Source: Antedon mediterranea
Taxonomy: Eukaryota > Animalia > Echinodermata
Assembly: GCF_964355755.1 (NCBI RefSeq)
Contig: NC_092670.1
Coordinates: 33,902,388-33,966,387, forward strand
Direction: 5' to 3'
DNA: 64,000 bases
Below the pieces are notes generated by a model. The model searched no databases and was not told the origin of the DNA. It saw nothing but the letters and a program-made list of their open reading frames with translations. Positions within the stretch are counted from its first letter, which is position 1, and each line of letters opens with the position of its first letter. Shown here one piece after another: positions 25,262-37,700 of the stretch. The translations under genes were made by a program, and so were the position numbers.

Positions 25262-27122
25262 AGGGACTTTACGAAACACGACGGGAAGCCACACGACGGT
25301 GCTCATGAATAATTTATGCATGAGCTTTAACAAAGTGGGCGGAGTTTAGCGTAAAATTTCGTCGGCTTAAAATTTTTGAGGACAAAAGTTGCCATTTTCC
25401 CGTTTACGAAGAAATAGAAATAATGTATAACCTTAAATCTATATATAAATTTAGGTAAGGGCAAAATTCGGTAAATCTCGGTTTATTTCTAGAATTTTTA
25501 CTCGATGGTATATAAAGTTGGTTCATACTTTCGGTACTGATTTTAACCATCTGATGTAACCCTGTTTACTAATTAAATTGAGTTAGGTAATTAGTTATTG
25601 ACGATTAAAACGAATTTAGGTTCAACGATTTGCCCCAAATAGGGGTGTTTTCCGATCGTGGTATACACCGTCTAATGGATGTCCATCTTGAAAAATACCC
25701 GCCACAAAAATACGAGGAGGCTTCGCATTTTCCTATCTCCTCCTACGATAATTGTTTTTAATAGCTGAAAACTGGTTGAACAGCTAGAGTACATCATCAT
25801 AATGTTGAAGACAGGCCGATTTTCTTAACAAAATACTATTTTGATAGATTTAATATACGATTATACAAATGTATTGATTTGCGATGAATTGAACATTCCA
25901 ATCTCTGTTTCACAAGTGTCTATTCCCTCAGGCGTCGTAAACGGATAATGAGCTAGCGTTTTCACTCGCCGTATATTATGTACAAATCTTTATTATTGCA
26001 GTTAAACCACCCACATCATCACCTTTCCCTCACTGGCATGAGTAGCGTTGTAAAACCAGTAGAGAATAGGCCTACGGTACATCACATGCCTTAAACGCAG
26101 AACAACTTTGGTGGGTAGGGTAGGAACCAACTTAAGTATGAATTGGCTCTAAGAAACAATTGAAAACCATTAGGCCTACTAATTAAGTTGAGTTAGATAA
26201 TTTAATATTTATGACGATTAAATCGAATTTATGATTTTCCCCGAATAGAGGTGGTTTTCACAAATTGTTTTACATTATATTATAAACATATACACGTCGT
26301 AGTGATGTATCGTTACATGTGCTGTACTATTTCAATCGACTAGGACGGTGATAGTTTCAACAAAGTATTACATCGCAATGTTTTACTGTGTTTAGTGGTA
26401 TATTATTTGTAAAACATGAAAGCAATTAATATTTCGTTACTAAATGGATAAAGAATATATTTTAACATTGTTCCTCTTTGCACCCATCCTCTTCCCCATC
26501 CCTCAACCCTAATGTTACATACAAAACACAAATTAAGTTTGTTTAAATTTGACTTAAACAATTGGTCTTATTTTGTGACAAGTTTCTCTTTCGGAAGTAA
26601 TAGGGTGCTAATTTTAGTTGAGTACATAAATCACAGTGTCTATTTATTCGTTCCTGTAAACGACATGTATTATTGTCCTGCGGTACGTACATTTGAAATC
26701 GCCAGTTTTTTAACGCTGAAATTATTATGTATTCGAGAACCATCTGTGGGCACGACCTAGATGGTACGCGAGCGAAGCGAGCGTACCATCTAGTAGTTCA
26801 AATTACACTTACCTGGAATTTTCAAAACTCTAAATAATATTTTAACTTCTAATTTAATTGTTTAATAAATATCATTTTTATTGGGTTAAATTGGCTGTGT
26901 TAAAAGCGGCGTTTAAAAGGCTATGGCTATGCTGTATCACCAGAGAGCCAAGCGATTCAGAAGGGCCCCGCGCCGCGAGACAGGGAGGGGAGGAAGAGAG
27001 ATAGCCTACTCTGCCGGTGGTTTTCGTCATCTTGGCGCAAGTGTGCGTAACTAATAAAACTACTATGTCGACTGTATAATGATCGTCGTCCTCCCCTAAC
27101 CGTCGTGTTTTGTAAAGTTCAT
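25262..27122. mobile_element. Non-autonomous TIR element (PIF/Harbinger-like) hosting Helitron B
   Basis: 23-bp imperfect TIR agggactttacgaaacacgacgg / ccgtcgtgttttgtaaagttcat, ATT flanks; empty site present in the paralogous segment near 62510. Confidence 0.75.
25438..26793 (+). mobile_element. Non-autonomous Helitron, copy B
   Basis: A|TCTATATATAAA ... gcgagcgaagcgagcgtaccatCTAG|T. Near-exact reverse complement of copy A apart from an 86-bp indel. Confidence 0.9.
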
Positions 27123-27430
27123 ATTGACATTTAGAGAACAGTGGTTGGACAGACAGATAGGAATGGATATGCTTTCATCACAATAAGGTTGTTGCAGACT
27201 CCAACATACAGAAAATAATGTGTTATGTCTTACGGTTAAAACATTGATCGCCGGACGGACAAGCAGTCAGGCAGACTGATGATTAAAATATTTTAGTCAA
27301 GTTTAAAACCATTATTTATCCAGTTAAAAATAACAGTTAAAAAAGAAACAAACAGACAAACTCTATTCCTTGATTTCCAACTTTCAAAAATAAAAACCAG
27401 TTTTTAAAGTCTAAGATTTCTTAAAATGTT

Positions 27431-30400
27431 TAGTCCAGTAAAAATATGGTTGAACCTAGAACAAATTGCAACAGAATTTTGTTTTAAACATTCTAATTAG
27501 CATATTTAAATTTTCATATGACGTCATATGGTAGTTGTGACGTCATAAATTATGTTATAAATGCTTAAATGACATTATACTATGAGAACAATTTAGAAAC
27601 TGCTGAAAAACCAGTTTCCTAACATTTTCCTTGTTGAAATGAACATAATTTCCAAAGTTTACCAAAATCGGACGTCAGGAAGCATAAATTCCAAATGGCC
27701 GCTATTTACTATATCATTTTGAAGCCCTATTATCTCCTTAATGGTTGGTTTTAGACCACCAAAGTGCATTGCGAGTAGATATAAATGTGACATAAAACTT
27801 CCCGATTAGCACATTTAAATTACCATATGACGTCATATATTATGCTATAACTGCTTAAATGACATTATCCCATGCTAAAAAATGTAGAAACTGCAGGAAA
27901 ACAATTATCTAACAATTTCCTGTTGAAATGAACATGATATCCTAAGTTCAACAAAATCAGACTTCAAGAAGGGGGTCAATTAGCATAAATTGAAAATGGC
28001 TGTTATTTACTATACCATTTTGAATCCCTGTATCTCCTTAACAGTTGGGTTTAGACAGCCTATGTGCATTACGAGTAGATATATATATGTAAAAATCGTT
28101 GAAATTTATCATTAAGTTTCCATTTACAAAATCTTATGAAAATAGTTATTCTACAGAACCGTATGAAAGGTGATCATCAACTGTATTTCCGAAACTGATT
28201 TGTACTCACGCGCACATCTTGTTTTGTGTTTCCTAAAACTACATCTTTTAGAACTTCATCTTTTTAAATTGGTAAAGGAATAAAAAAATATTGTAATGAG
28301 GCGATTGTCTGTGGGTCAGGCTATTCAAACCCATCATTTCCACAAACTCATCTCAATTCCCCAACTGGGATACATAAAATGATAAATGTCATACTGTAGT
28401 TTTCGGTATAGTCAGCATCTCCATTCTGCTCTTTTAAAGTTGCTATTTCATTGCCAGAAATTGCATCTGTTTGGTGTCGATCATTTATGAGACAACAACT
28501 TTTTATGATGTTTTATATAATGTTTATCTTTTGAATGCTGTTTCCAAGATTCAATGAGCATATAACAAGGACATGTACTTCATCCTAGTGTCAACTAGGA
28601 TGAAGAACCATTAGTTAAAGATACACATCAACGGAATCCAAAAGAGGTTGTTAAGGTAATAAAGTAATTTTCAAACCACTAGTAATTACAGTATTTAATG
28701 TTTCGACAACAGACAGTATTCAACTTCCTTGACAGAAAATGTCAAAAAATGTAATAGTAATTTTGAATGCAGATGGGGATCTATTAAATATATTATATTG
28801 CCATAATTAAAAAAAGCGATTGCGTTTTAAGACAGACGAAGCAAAAAATAGTGGAATAATTGGTACTTAAAGAAAACATCTTAAAATGGACCTGAAATGG
28901 AATTTCGATTTTCAAGAAATTCACACATGTTATTTAAATGTATCAAATTAACACAAACCCATACAAATAAAAACAAAATGTATAGTATTTTGAGTAAAAA
29001 CGAAATTTTAAGATACCATGGTAAATTAGCGAAAATTACTCACGCCATTGCAATATTCTATTTCAACGGCCGTCGGAAGCCTCTATATTCACGACGTCAC
29101 ATATACACACGATAATATCGAGAGCGTGTATGCCGCCCGATAGTCAGTGAATGATCGACGGCCTGGAAAGATACGCGAAGCGTTGACACTAATACTAATT
29201 TATTCAATATCTAATGTTGTTGAAATATAGGTCCCTAAAATGTACTTCGTTTGTTCTAAAACCCGAATTTAGAAGGCCTACCTCCCAAACCTTTACTAGG
29301 CCTAGGCCCCCAATCCAGTGCGCGGAGTCGATCCACCACCCACATCATGCGGCGAGGCTCCGTTTCATGTGCATCCAAGGACCAAAGCGATATCAACAAC
29401 TTGCTGCGCTCATTGTCAAGCCAAAGTAAAATATGAATAAAATTCGTTTTCGAACTGCCTGATTCGTGACAAATAAATTATCATCTCATATTACTAATTT
29501 AATTTTGCTAAACTAAAAACTAAAGAAACTAACACATTTTAGCAGTATAAATTACGAACGATACAAAATACACGAACGGAAAATATGGATACGCATCATT
29601 GCGCACGGAGCTGTATCCCGGACAACGTTGCCAGGCCAACTTCGGTATTGCCAGAAAAAAACCGTTGATTTTAAGATTTTAAATCGTCATTTACTCCATG
29701 AATAACCGTTTATACGGTAATAATTTTATCTAAAAAAATTCTAAATACGTTTCTGCAAATGCACAAGCATTTTTTAGAAAATACTCCATAGATTTCAAGA
29801 GTTATAGCCAAAAAACTGCAAATTGTCCATTGGAGGGATAGGAATATATTCGCAAAGTGACGTCACCCGCGAATTTTTTTGATTTTCAAATGGGGCTTTC
29901 CCCAAAAGGGCCAATTTATATTTTGTAACAATATACATTCTAGCAACACCTAATAGCCCCCAAAACATCATTCTAAAATGAAAAAAATCGAAAATCCATT
30001 TCAGGTCCATTTTAAGGAGCAAATTTGCAACATCTTTGTAATGCTCTGCACTTGCAAAGAAACAGGCGGATGCATTATATTCGAAGCAAGAACTGTTCAG
30101 TCCAAAATTTAAAAAGACATCAGAAAAGCCAATGAAGTAGACATGCTGTGCCTACATGTATGGTGGAAGTATTTTGACGGCGCCAACATTACATTTTCTA
30201 TGTATGTAATTTGGATGGGAAACTTACTGTGATCCAACTTCATATTTAGGATGGAGTCATTACAGAATTAAGAATCCTGTTTCTTTAAATATATGAGATA
30301 TATATGCAGTTATAAAAAGTTGCAGTTGCAGAAAATTAACTGGAATGTTCTATTGCATGTTGTGAAGGGTTGCCGAATAACTTCTGATACCCATGATCTT

Positions 30401-31138
30401 AACCTGGATGTGGTAAATGTTGTACTATTTTCATGAGATTAAAAACATTTTTTCCTTTCGTTTTCTATATTTTTCCCTTAGAATAATGCCAATTGAGCAT
30501 TATTGTGACATAATATGACGTCATATGTCTTATGACATCATAGGTACGTTATATGGCAATTTAAATATGCTAATTCGAAAGTTTAATATCACATTTATAT
30601 CTACTCGCAATGCACTTAGGTGGTCTAAAACCAAGCGTTAAGGAGATATAGAGCTTCAAAATGGTATGCCATTTTAAATGTATGCTAATTAACCCACTTT
30701 CCGACGTCCGTTTTTGGTCAACTTTGGAAATAATGTTCATTTCAACAAGGATAATGTCAAAAAACATGTTTTCTTGCAGTTCCTAAATTGGTCGCATAGT
30801 ATAATGTCATTAAAACAGTTATAACTTAATATATGACGTCATAACTACCATAGGCACGTCATATAGAAATTTAAATATGCTAATTAGAATGTTTGATATC
30901 ACATTTACATCTACTCGTAATGCACTTACGGTGGTCTAAATCCAACCGTTAGAGAGATATAAGGCTTCAAAATAGCAATGGCGGCCATTTTGAATTTATG
31001 CTAATTAACCCACTTCCTGATGTCCAATTTTAGTAAACTTTGGATATGATATTCATTTGAACCATATTTACCAGACAAAAAAAAATTCTGCAATTTGTTC
31101 TAGGTTCACCCTATTTTTGACTTATCTTTACTGGACTA
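27431..31138 (+). mobile_element. Academ-like DNA transposon, degenerate, with long (~650-bp) repetitive TIRs
   Basis: Termini TAGTCCAGTAAA...TTTACTGGACTA with 3-bp TSD GTT. TIR arms ~27431-28085 and ~30490-31138. Decayed coding remnants (SVGQAIQ...PQLG near 28310; CSCRK..ECSIACC near 30320). Empty site near 62970. Confidence 0.72.
28885..30011. mobile_element. TTAA-specific non-autonomous element (Kolobok-like) nested in the Academ-like element
   Basis: TTAA|aatggacctgaaatgga ... tccatttcaggtccatt|TTAA. Confidence 0.78.
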
Positions 31139-33345
31139 GTTCTACTGTTGTCAGTACGTTAGTGGTTAAATTGTGTTACGTTGGTGTTTAATAAGTGATT
31201 GTAGTCCGGCAGCCAAATGCCTATTTTTCCATAACCTTGCAATGTTTTCTATAGTTATTTTTTATGGATTTTGATTCTCGATACCATCAGAATGAAGATT
31301 TTTTTTACTGGACGGCGGTCAGAATTTGTATAATTAGCATAAACAAAATGGCCGCTATTTTCATAAAACATGACGTAGTGAGATAATTTTGTTGTCAAAT
31401 TGTTCAAATGTATATGTTTATTAGCTCTAACAGAAATTGTTTTGTAAAATTGACCGGAAACACAATTTTAACAATTTTGACATTTGACCTCTTTTCGCTA
31501 TATCATATAACGGCAGGTCGGAGAGCATTAAAATTTAGGAGAAAATTGTTCCCAATATATACATTTATATTCAGTTTAACAGATGATATTGCTTGGAAAT
31601 GTGGTTATTGACTTTTGACATAATTTAATAATGTTATTTTATATTATAAATAATATAACCTCCTTGGCGGAGGTAATAACATAAATTAATACATATTTGT
31701 CGTAGGGTGCCAATTTTTGTGTCAAATTGTTCACAATATTTATGTTTAAACTTGCCATAATGCAACGTTTTTTCAAAAAGTGATTGAAAATTGCCATTGC
31801 CATCAATTGTTGTGTAATTTTAACCTTTGACATGTTTTTCTCATCTAAATAACGACATGGCATAGATATTTCTAAGCCTGAGGCCGCTGATAGCATTCTT
31901 TACAGACGCCATGCTAAAAAAAAGTCCTTATACGATGACGTCATACACGTACCAGCACCCCATTGGCTGATTATAACGTAATGCAATTTTACCGTACCTT
32001 TAAACGGAAGTTAGGATACGGTACCGTATCTTTAGCCACGGTTTATAAATAAATACCTAGATTTCTTTTTATGTAGGCAAGGCCTAGCCTAGTGGTGGCC
32101 TAGGCCTTATCTAGTAGTCTAGACTAGCCGTGATTGTTTACCCATATATACGCCTCAAGATGCTCTAGCTGATTGCTCTAGCTATGCCAGGCCTCATTAT
32201 ACACATTATAACACATTTTATATATAATTCATATCCAAGTTTAATCAAATGCTATATAATAAAGTACATTCTATATTGCAGTTTGATATATATATTTACA
32301 TTTACTCCTACCAGGAAGTAAAGAATAAGAATTAAATCTTTACTCCATGGGCCTATAGGCCCTAGCCTATGCTATGCCGGACAAAAAATAACAGCCATTT
32401 AATTTTTAATATCTAGAGATGTATATAATAGGCCTAGTATAATGTTCGTATATTGGGTACGAGTTTGTTTGGTTACGGGTGAGCCAGTATGCCTCCCCCC
32501 ACCCCATACAGGTCAACCCCGTCCTATACCCATACCAACTCGTACTCATGGCAGCTGACGCGTATCCAATTAATGCTATGTAAAACATAATGCTATGTAA
32601 AACATTTATTTTATTATTTCTTAAATGGGACCCTCTGCCCACTTCACGGCATTTTTCTCGCTCTTCTGTGGTCGATCTATAAATCCTATGAGAGACCTAA
32701 GGATTTCGTATTCTAGATAACAATTTTTTAAAACAAAACATTTACAAATGTTTTGTTTTAGAAAATTAAAATTGGTTAGTGTGATTAAGGTTATATCTGT
32801 ACGTATGTTTCCAAACCAATCACAGTAGGCATACAGTTCTGTATTTTAATTTAAAACATTTATATTTCCTGATGGTTGTAGCTGTGCTTTCAGATATAGA
32901 AGATATTGCATGCATTTTTCCCACCCTCGTACCTCCTAGAATGTTATACTATAAATGCTGTATGAAAATATCAGAATGGTATTTCCATGGATTGGCTGGC
33001 TATGTATAGTTTCGATACGTCACCACTGACTCTACTACTAGCGCTCGTTTCGTTTTGAAAGTTAGTAGACGCAAGGCAAACTTAACCATGAACAAACGAA
33101 AAGTACATTGTCTATTACTGTATTTTTATTCCCACAAGAAGTAGACAACGATGAGTATATAGATCATGATTACACGTTGTAGCTACTACACTTAAGATTT
33201 GCCTAACAATAGGCCTACCTAGGCCTATCAACGTCGGCAAATCATAGGGTTTACTAGTAAGCCTAGAAGTAGTTTCACGTAGGCTGAGACAACAACTACC
33301 GGTAGTTGATGTAGGGCTACTACTGGTCATAACATGCTACTTTAA

Positions 33346-33931
33346 AGCTCAGGTACAGGCATGAATTTTAAATATAATATCCGGTTAATTGTACATAAAT
33401 CAAATATTTGTAACAGAAATCAAGACGAAAAAACATGAATTTCCCTTAATATGGTCAAATACAAAATTTGGCAAAATTCTGCCATAAAAAACAGGAAGAC
33501 TTTTTTTCAGTAGTTGGGTAGTTTAATCTAATGCAATAACATTCCTGGTGACTCCCTAGTAGGTGAAAAAAGATGGATATACGGTGGATAATTTTTGCTA
33601 TAGCATGAAAATCAAAATCTGAATAAAAATACCCGAAATGTAAAATTCAAGTTATATTACCTCTATTTAGTCATCTGATAACATTTTTTACCACACCGTT
33701 TATTTTTGATAGCTTTTTAAAATGCCTCTCTATTTACAACATTTGTGTAAAAAAGAATAGATATTTTACTGTGTAATTTGAACTATCCCCCCACTGATAA
33801 GAAAGTGCTTATTTTCAACAAGCTCGTGTAACACAAATAAAATCCCAAAAATGATGAAACATAGGGGAAACTATATATCGATAATTATTGGAATGTATGA
33901 TCAATAGAAATGTTTTGCCCATACCTGGCCT
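33346..33931. mobile_element. TTAA-flanked MITE (Kolobok-like)
   Basis: TTAA|agctcaggta...tacctggcct|TTAA imperfect TIR. Confidence 0.6.
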
Positions 33932-34787
33932 TTAAGGTCATAAAACATTAGCGTAGATCAATAGCGGCAGATTTCGAACATGGCAAATTTAATGTTTTTA
34001 AACCAAAACCTACTACAATTTACAAACAATTTGTATTTGATCTTGTAATTACATTTATTAATAATCTTGTAATATTTCTAGGAGACCGTTTAATTTGAAT
34101 TCGGAAAATTTATATAAATTCGCATAAAGTTTTGTTAGTCGCCATAGCAGCCAGCACTAAAAATATAAAATATTAATCATGCCACCAAGATAAGAGCGTG
34201 CAAAAGCATAGCCAACAAGGTTAAAGTTTGTTGAGCATATGCAGTAAATAATATATAACGCACGCGACCCTTTCGTTGTTAACGACGGTTAATACACTGT
34301 GTTTATGTAGCATTATGGGCGGTCCGCTTTCTGTCGGCTGGAGTTATGGAAGCTTTGATCTCAAACTGATGCATATCCTTCTATTTGTTAATCCATGCAA
34401 CGTTACTGGTCGACTGTAGCCTACTTTCCAACATTTCAACTTAAATATCGTCACGCTAGTCGTCGACAAAACATTCGCTATACAATTTCATGTAGTAGGT
34501 CTACTGAGCAACAGCCGGTTTAGAGGACCAATCCAGACCTTCTATATATAGGCCTAGTGTTTTGCTAAATAGGCCTACATCAATTATTGTTTTTCAATTT
34601 TCTACGTACGCTTCTTCGTGGCGTTCTTTTTGAGAATTTATTTCGTTTATGGTATTTATTATGATATTTATACTGTTTCCTTATGTAATTTGTTTTTTAA
34701 TGCGTTCAGTAAGAATCGAAGTTTTTGAAAACCATGCGTATAATTATATATAACTCTTTTTTTTCTGTGTATCCGAAGTCAATTGCA

Positions 34788-37700
34788 ATGATTTTATTGA
34801 ATAACATCGCACATATGTTCTGTTTGTTGGTGGTAATCAGAGCCGACGAAACTACTTATTATTCTGGTAAGTTTTGTATTTTTATTTTTCCACAGTGTCA
34901 TTCATGTTACTGTATGGGGTTTTGTTTTCTCTTTCGTGGGGGGAACCCACTTTTATTTTATATTGTACGATCTTTCAATTTTACATGTAGGCCTAGAATC
35001 AAAATGTACGAGTATAATATAGCAGATCTATAAGCCTAATATAGTTTACAATTTGTTCTCTCTTATAATGTATTATATGATAAAAAGAAGTTAAACTAAA
35101 TTAAAACGTCAATATTAAGATGTTCGTTTGAATATTTTCAGTACAAAAAATAATAGTAATAATAAACAATTAATACGTGTAATTTTAATAACAAATTTTC
35201 GTTCACGTTACCCCATTTATTTACTCGGGGCACACCTCGAGTGACTTTCTCATCTTCTCCTCTTCCATCTGGACACTATTGAGCCAACCAAGTCATACTA
35301 CGGTAGTTATTTACGCGTCGTCTGACGGCTCTGAAACGTGGCATGCAAATACTAGGGTAATAGGTGAACAAAGCTATATAATAGAGAAAAAATGTTCGCA
35401 GGGATGCAGAATTATGACGTCATAAACCTGGTACCAATCGAAAAAAGTAATTTATAAAGTACTACTACTCTCTTATTCGTTGTAGTATGGAGCTGGAATT
35501 TGGCATGAATATACTACAGTGACATTTCCTCAAAGCTATAGAACCCGATTTTTATTTCAACCCTGATGCAGCTATATGACGTCTCGAAGATGGTACCTTG
35601 GTGCCACGATTTTCGTCGTAACATACCCGTGTTTGGTGTCATTTCAAAGTTCTTGATTTGGAGAAAAAGAATATACAGTAAATCCCGGAAATAGCAACAA
35701 AATAGCCGCACAGCACAGCTCAAACAAGGATGAATGTTTTTACATTACAGAAACAATTTAAAAAAAAAATTAAAATGTTTAATGTTATCCAGGGAATATG
35801 TCTCTTATCTTTCTTATCTTAAGACTATATTTTTTCGCCGATAACAATGTTTCTCTCTCTTTTTTGCCGCTTCTTAAAAATGTATAGCTTATTGTCAGCT
35901 TTCGAAAAATACATTTTCAGGTATCAATAACTGAATTAACTTAAAGTTCTTTAGTCAGAATCAAAAGTAGAGCTGTCGAATTCCATTATTCATATTAGGC
36001 CCTACATTCTGAGTATTTTCATTATTAACAATAAAGGGTGTGTATCATAAAATGTCTAGTAATTATGGATTTTGGTCAACCAACGACGACTTAATGTCGA
36101 GCAAAGATGACAATAAATTCGAGTGCCGTTTTAGGCCTATCCTAGTTTTCCATATTATTCAGAAATAAAACTACAACGTGACTGATTGTTTGTATAAGGA
36201 TAGTGAAAAGAAAATATTAGGACGTTATTAGGCATCAAGTCCCTAGGCCTGTGTGTGCTAGGCCTACTGACAGTCAGTCACATCCCGGCCAGCAGTGACT
36301 GTAACATGCATTAGCTTCGAGGCCTACAAGCACCTACTTTTCGCCACACCGCTCGCGAATTCAGCGCGCTGTGTAAATGAGACAAGTCACGCGGTTTCCG
36401 CTTACAATTATCGCTTAACGTTACCGCTCGTCTGTGTAAATTGGCCTTAAGGATGTACAATAAAAGGTTAAATTCTTGTCACGTAACTATCTTTTTGAAA
36501 TAACATAGCCTAATGCAACTTCGATAATACATACTTTTAATAAATTTACATTTTGTCTATTTTTATGTATTATTTATTTATTTAAAGAAATTATTTGTTA
36601 TGAAAAGCGACTTTCTTTAGCTTATACCCGTTTTCAAGTGGCGTGCATAACTTTAGTTTTGCTGGTATTAAAAATCATTTGGTTATCAGCCCATGTATTG
36701 AGGTGATCAAGATCATCTTGTAATGCCACTCCATCACATGCAGAATTAATTGGTTGGTAAACCAGGGCATCATCGGCAAAAAACACAATGAGATTTTAAC
36801 AATAGCAGCAATTCATTAACAGCAAGGCCATATACATGAGTGCAGTCGCGATCGACCAACCAACCGACAAAACAATATAAAAAAGCAGCAAATGTTAACA
36901 GAAATGTATTTACATGATATAAATATATAAAAGAGGTAGCACAAAAAAATACAATACAATAGTATAGCAATAAAACAAACTTTAATGCCATTAACAAATT
37001 TACTTTGCGGGTCTTCGTATGTGTTTTCGTCCTTTCTATTTGTCTTCTTTTTCTTCCATTTTTCTTCTTTTTTTTCCTTTTTCTTTTCTTCTTATCTTGG
37101 TCTTCTCCTTATATTGGTCTTCTTTCGCGTTTTTTACAAAGGGTAATTATTATATTTACTCAATTTCATCAACAACAACAATAAGGGTACGAGGTTTGAA
37201 AAGATAGCGCCGACATGTAGTGGTTTTTCGATTACCCTTGACGCGAAACTCATTACACATACTGTTAAAATGTGCTTTTCAACTACGTTTCATTATAAAC
37301 ACTTTCTTTCTTCTACAACCATTAGAAAAAGTGTTTATATTTCGATTAACTTACTTAAACGTTTATATTACTGTATAACAATTGCATCTGAATGACGAAT
37401 GTGCTCTATCTCTAAAACCCACGACTATCATTAATCTAAAGAGGTGTATTTGTCCTCATTTCATTATAGTTTAATCGATATAATGAGCAGTCAATGTTGC
37501 AAAAAATGCATGGTTGTTGGGGGTGATAGCCCGTTAATTGCTGCTGCAAACATTAAATGTAATAATGAGAACATTTGAGTATCTGTAGTGAGAATAAATT
37601 ATTGTTTCCAGTATCATATGCGACGTCTGTATTATTATATATGATTAAGGTTAACTTTCGTCGTCGATAGGCTAGAAGCATGCGTACGCCTCCTCTTAAT

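Noticed and set aside
23142-26760. Identical small ORFs at 23142-23363 and 26512-26760
   Set aside because: Chance ORFs inside the duplicated non-autonomous Helitron; no Rep/helicase motifs.
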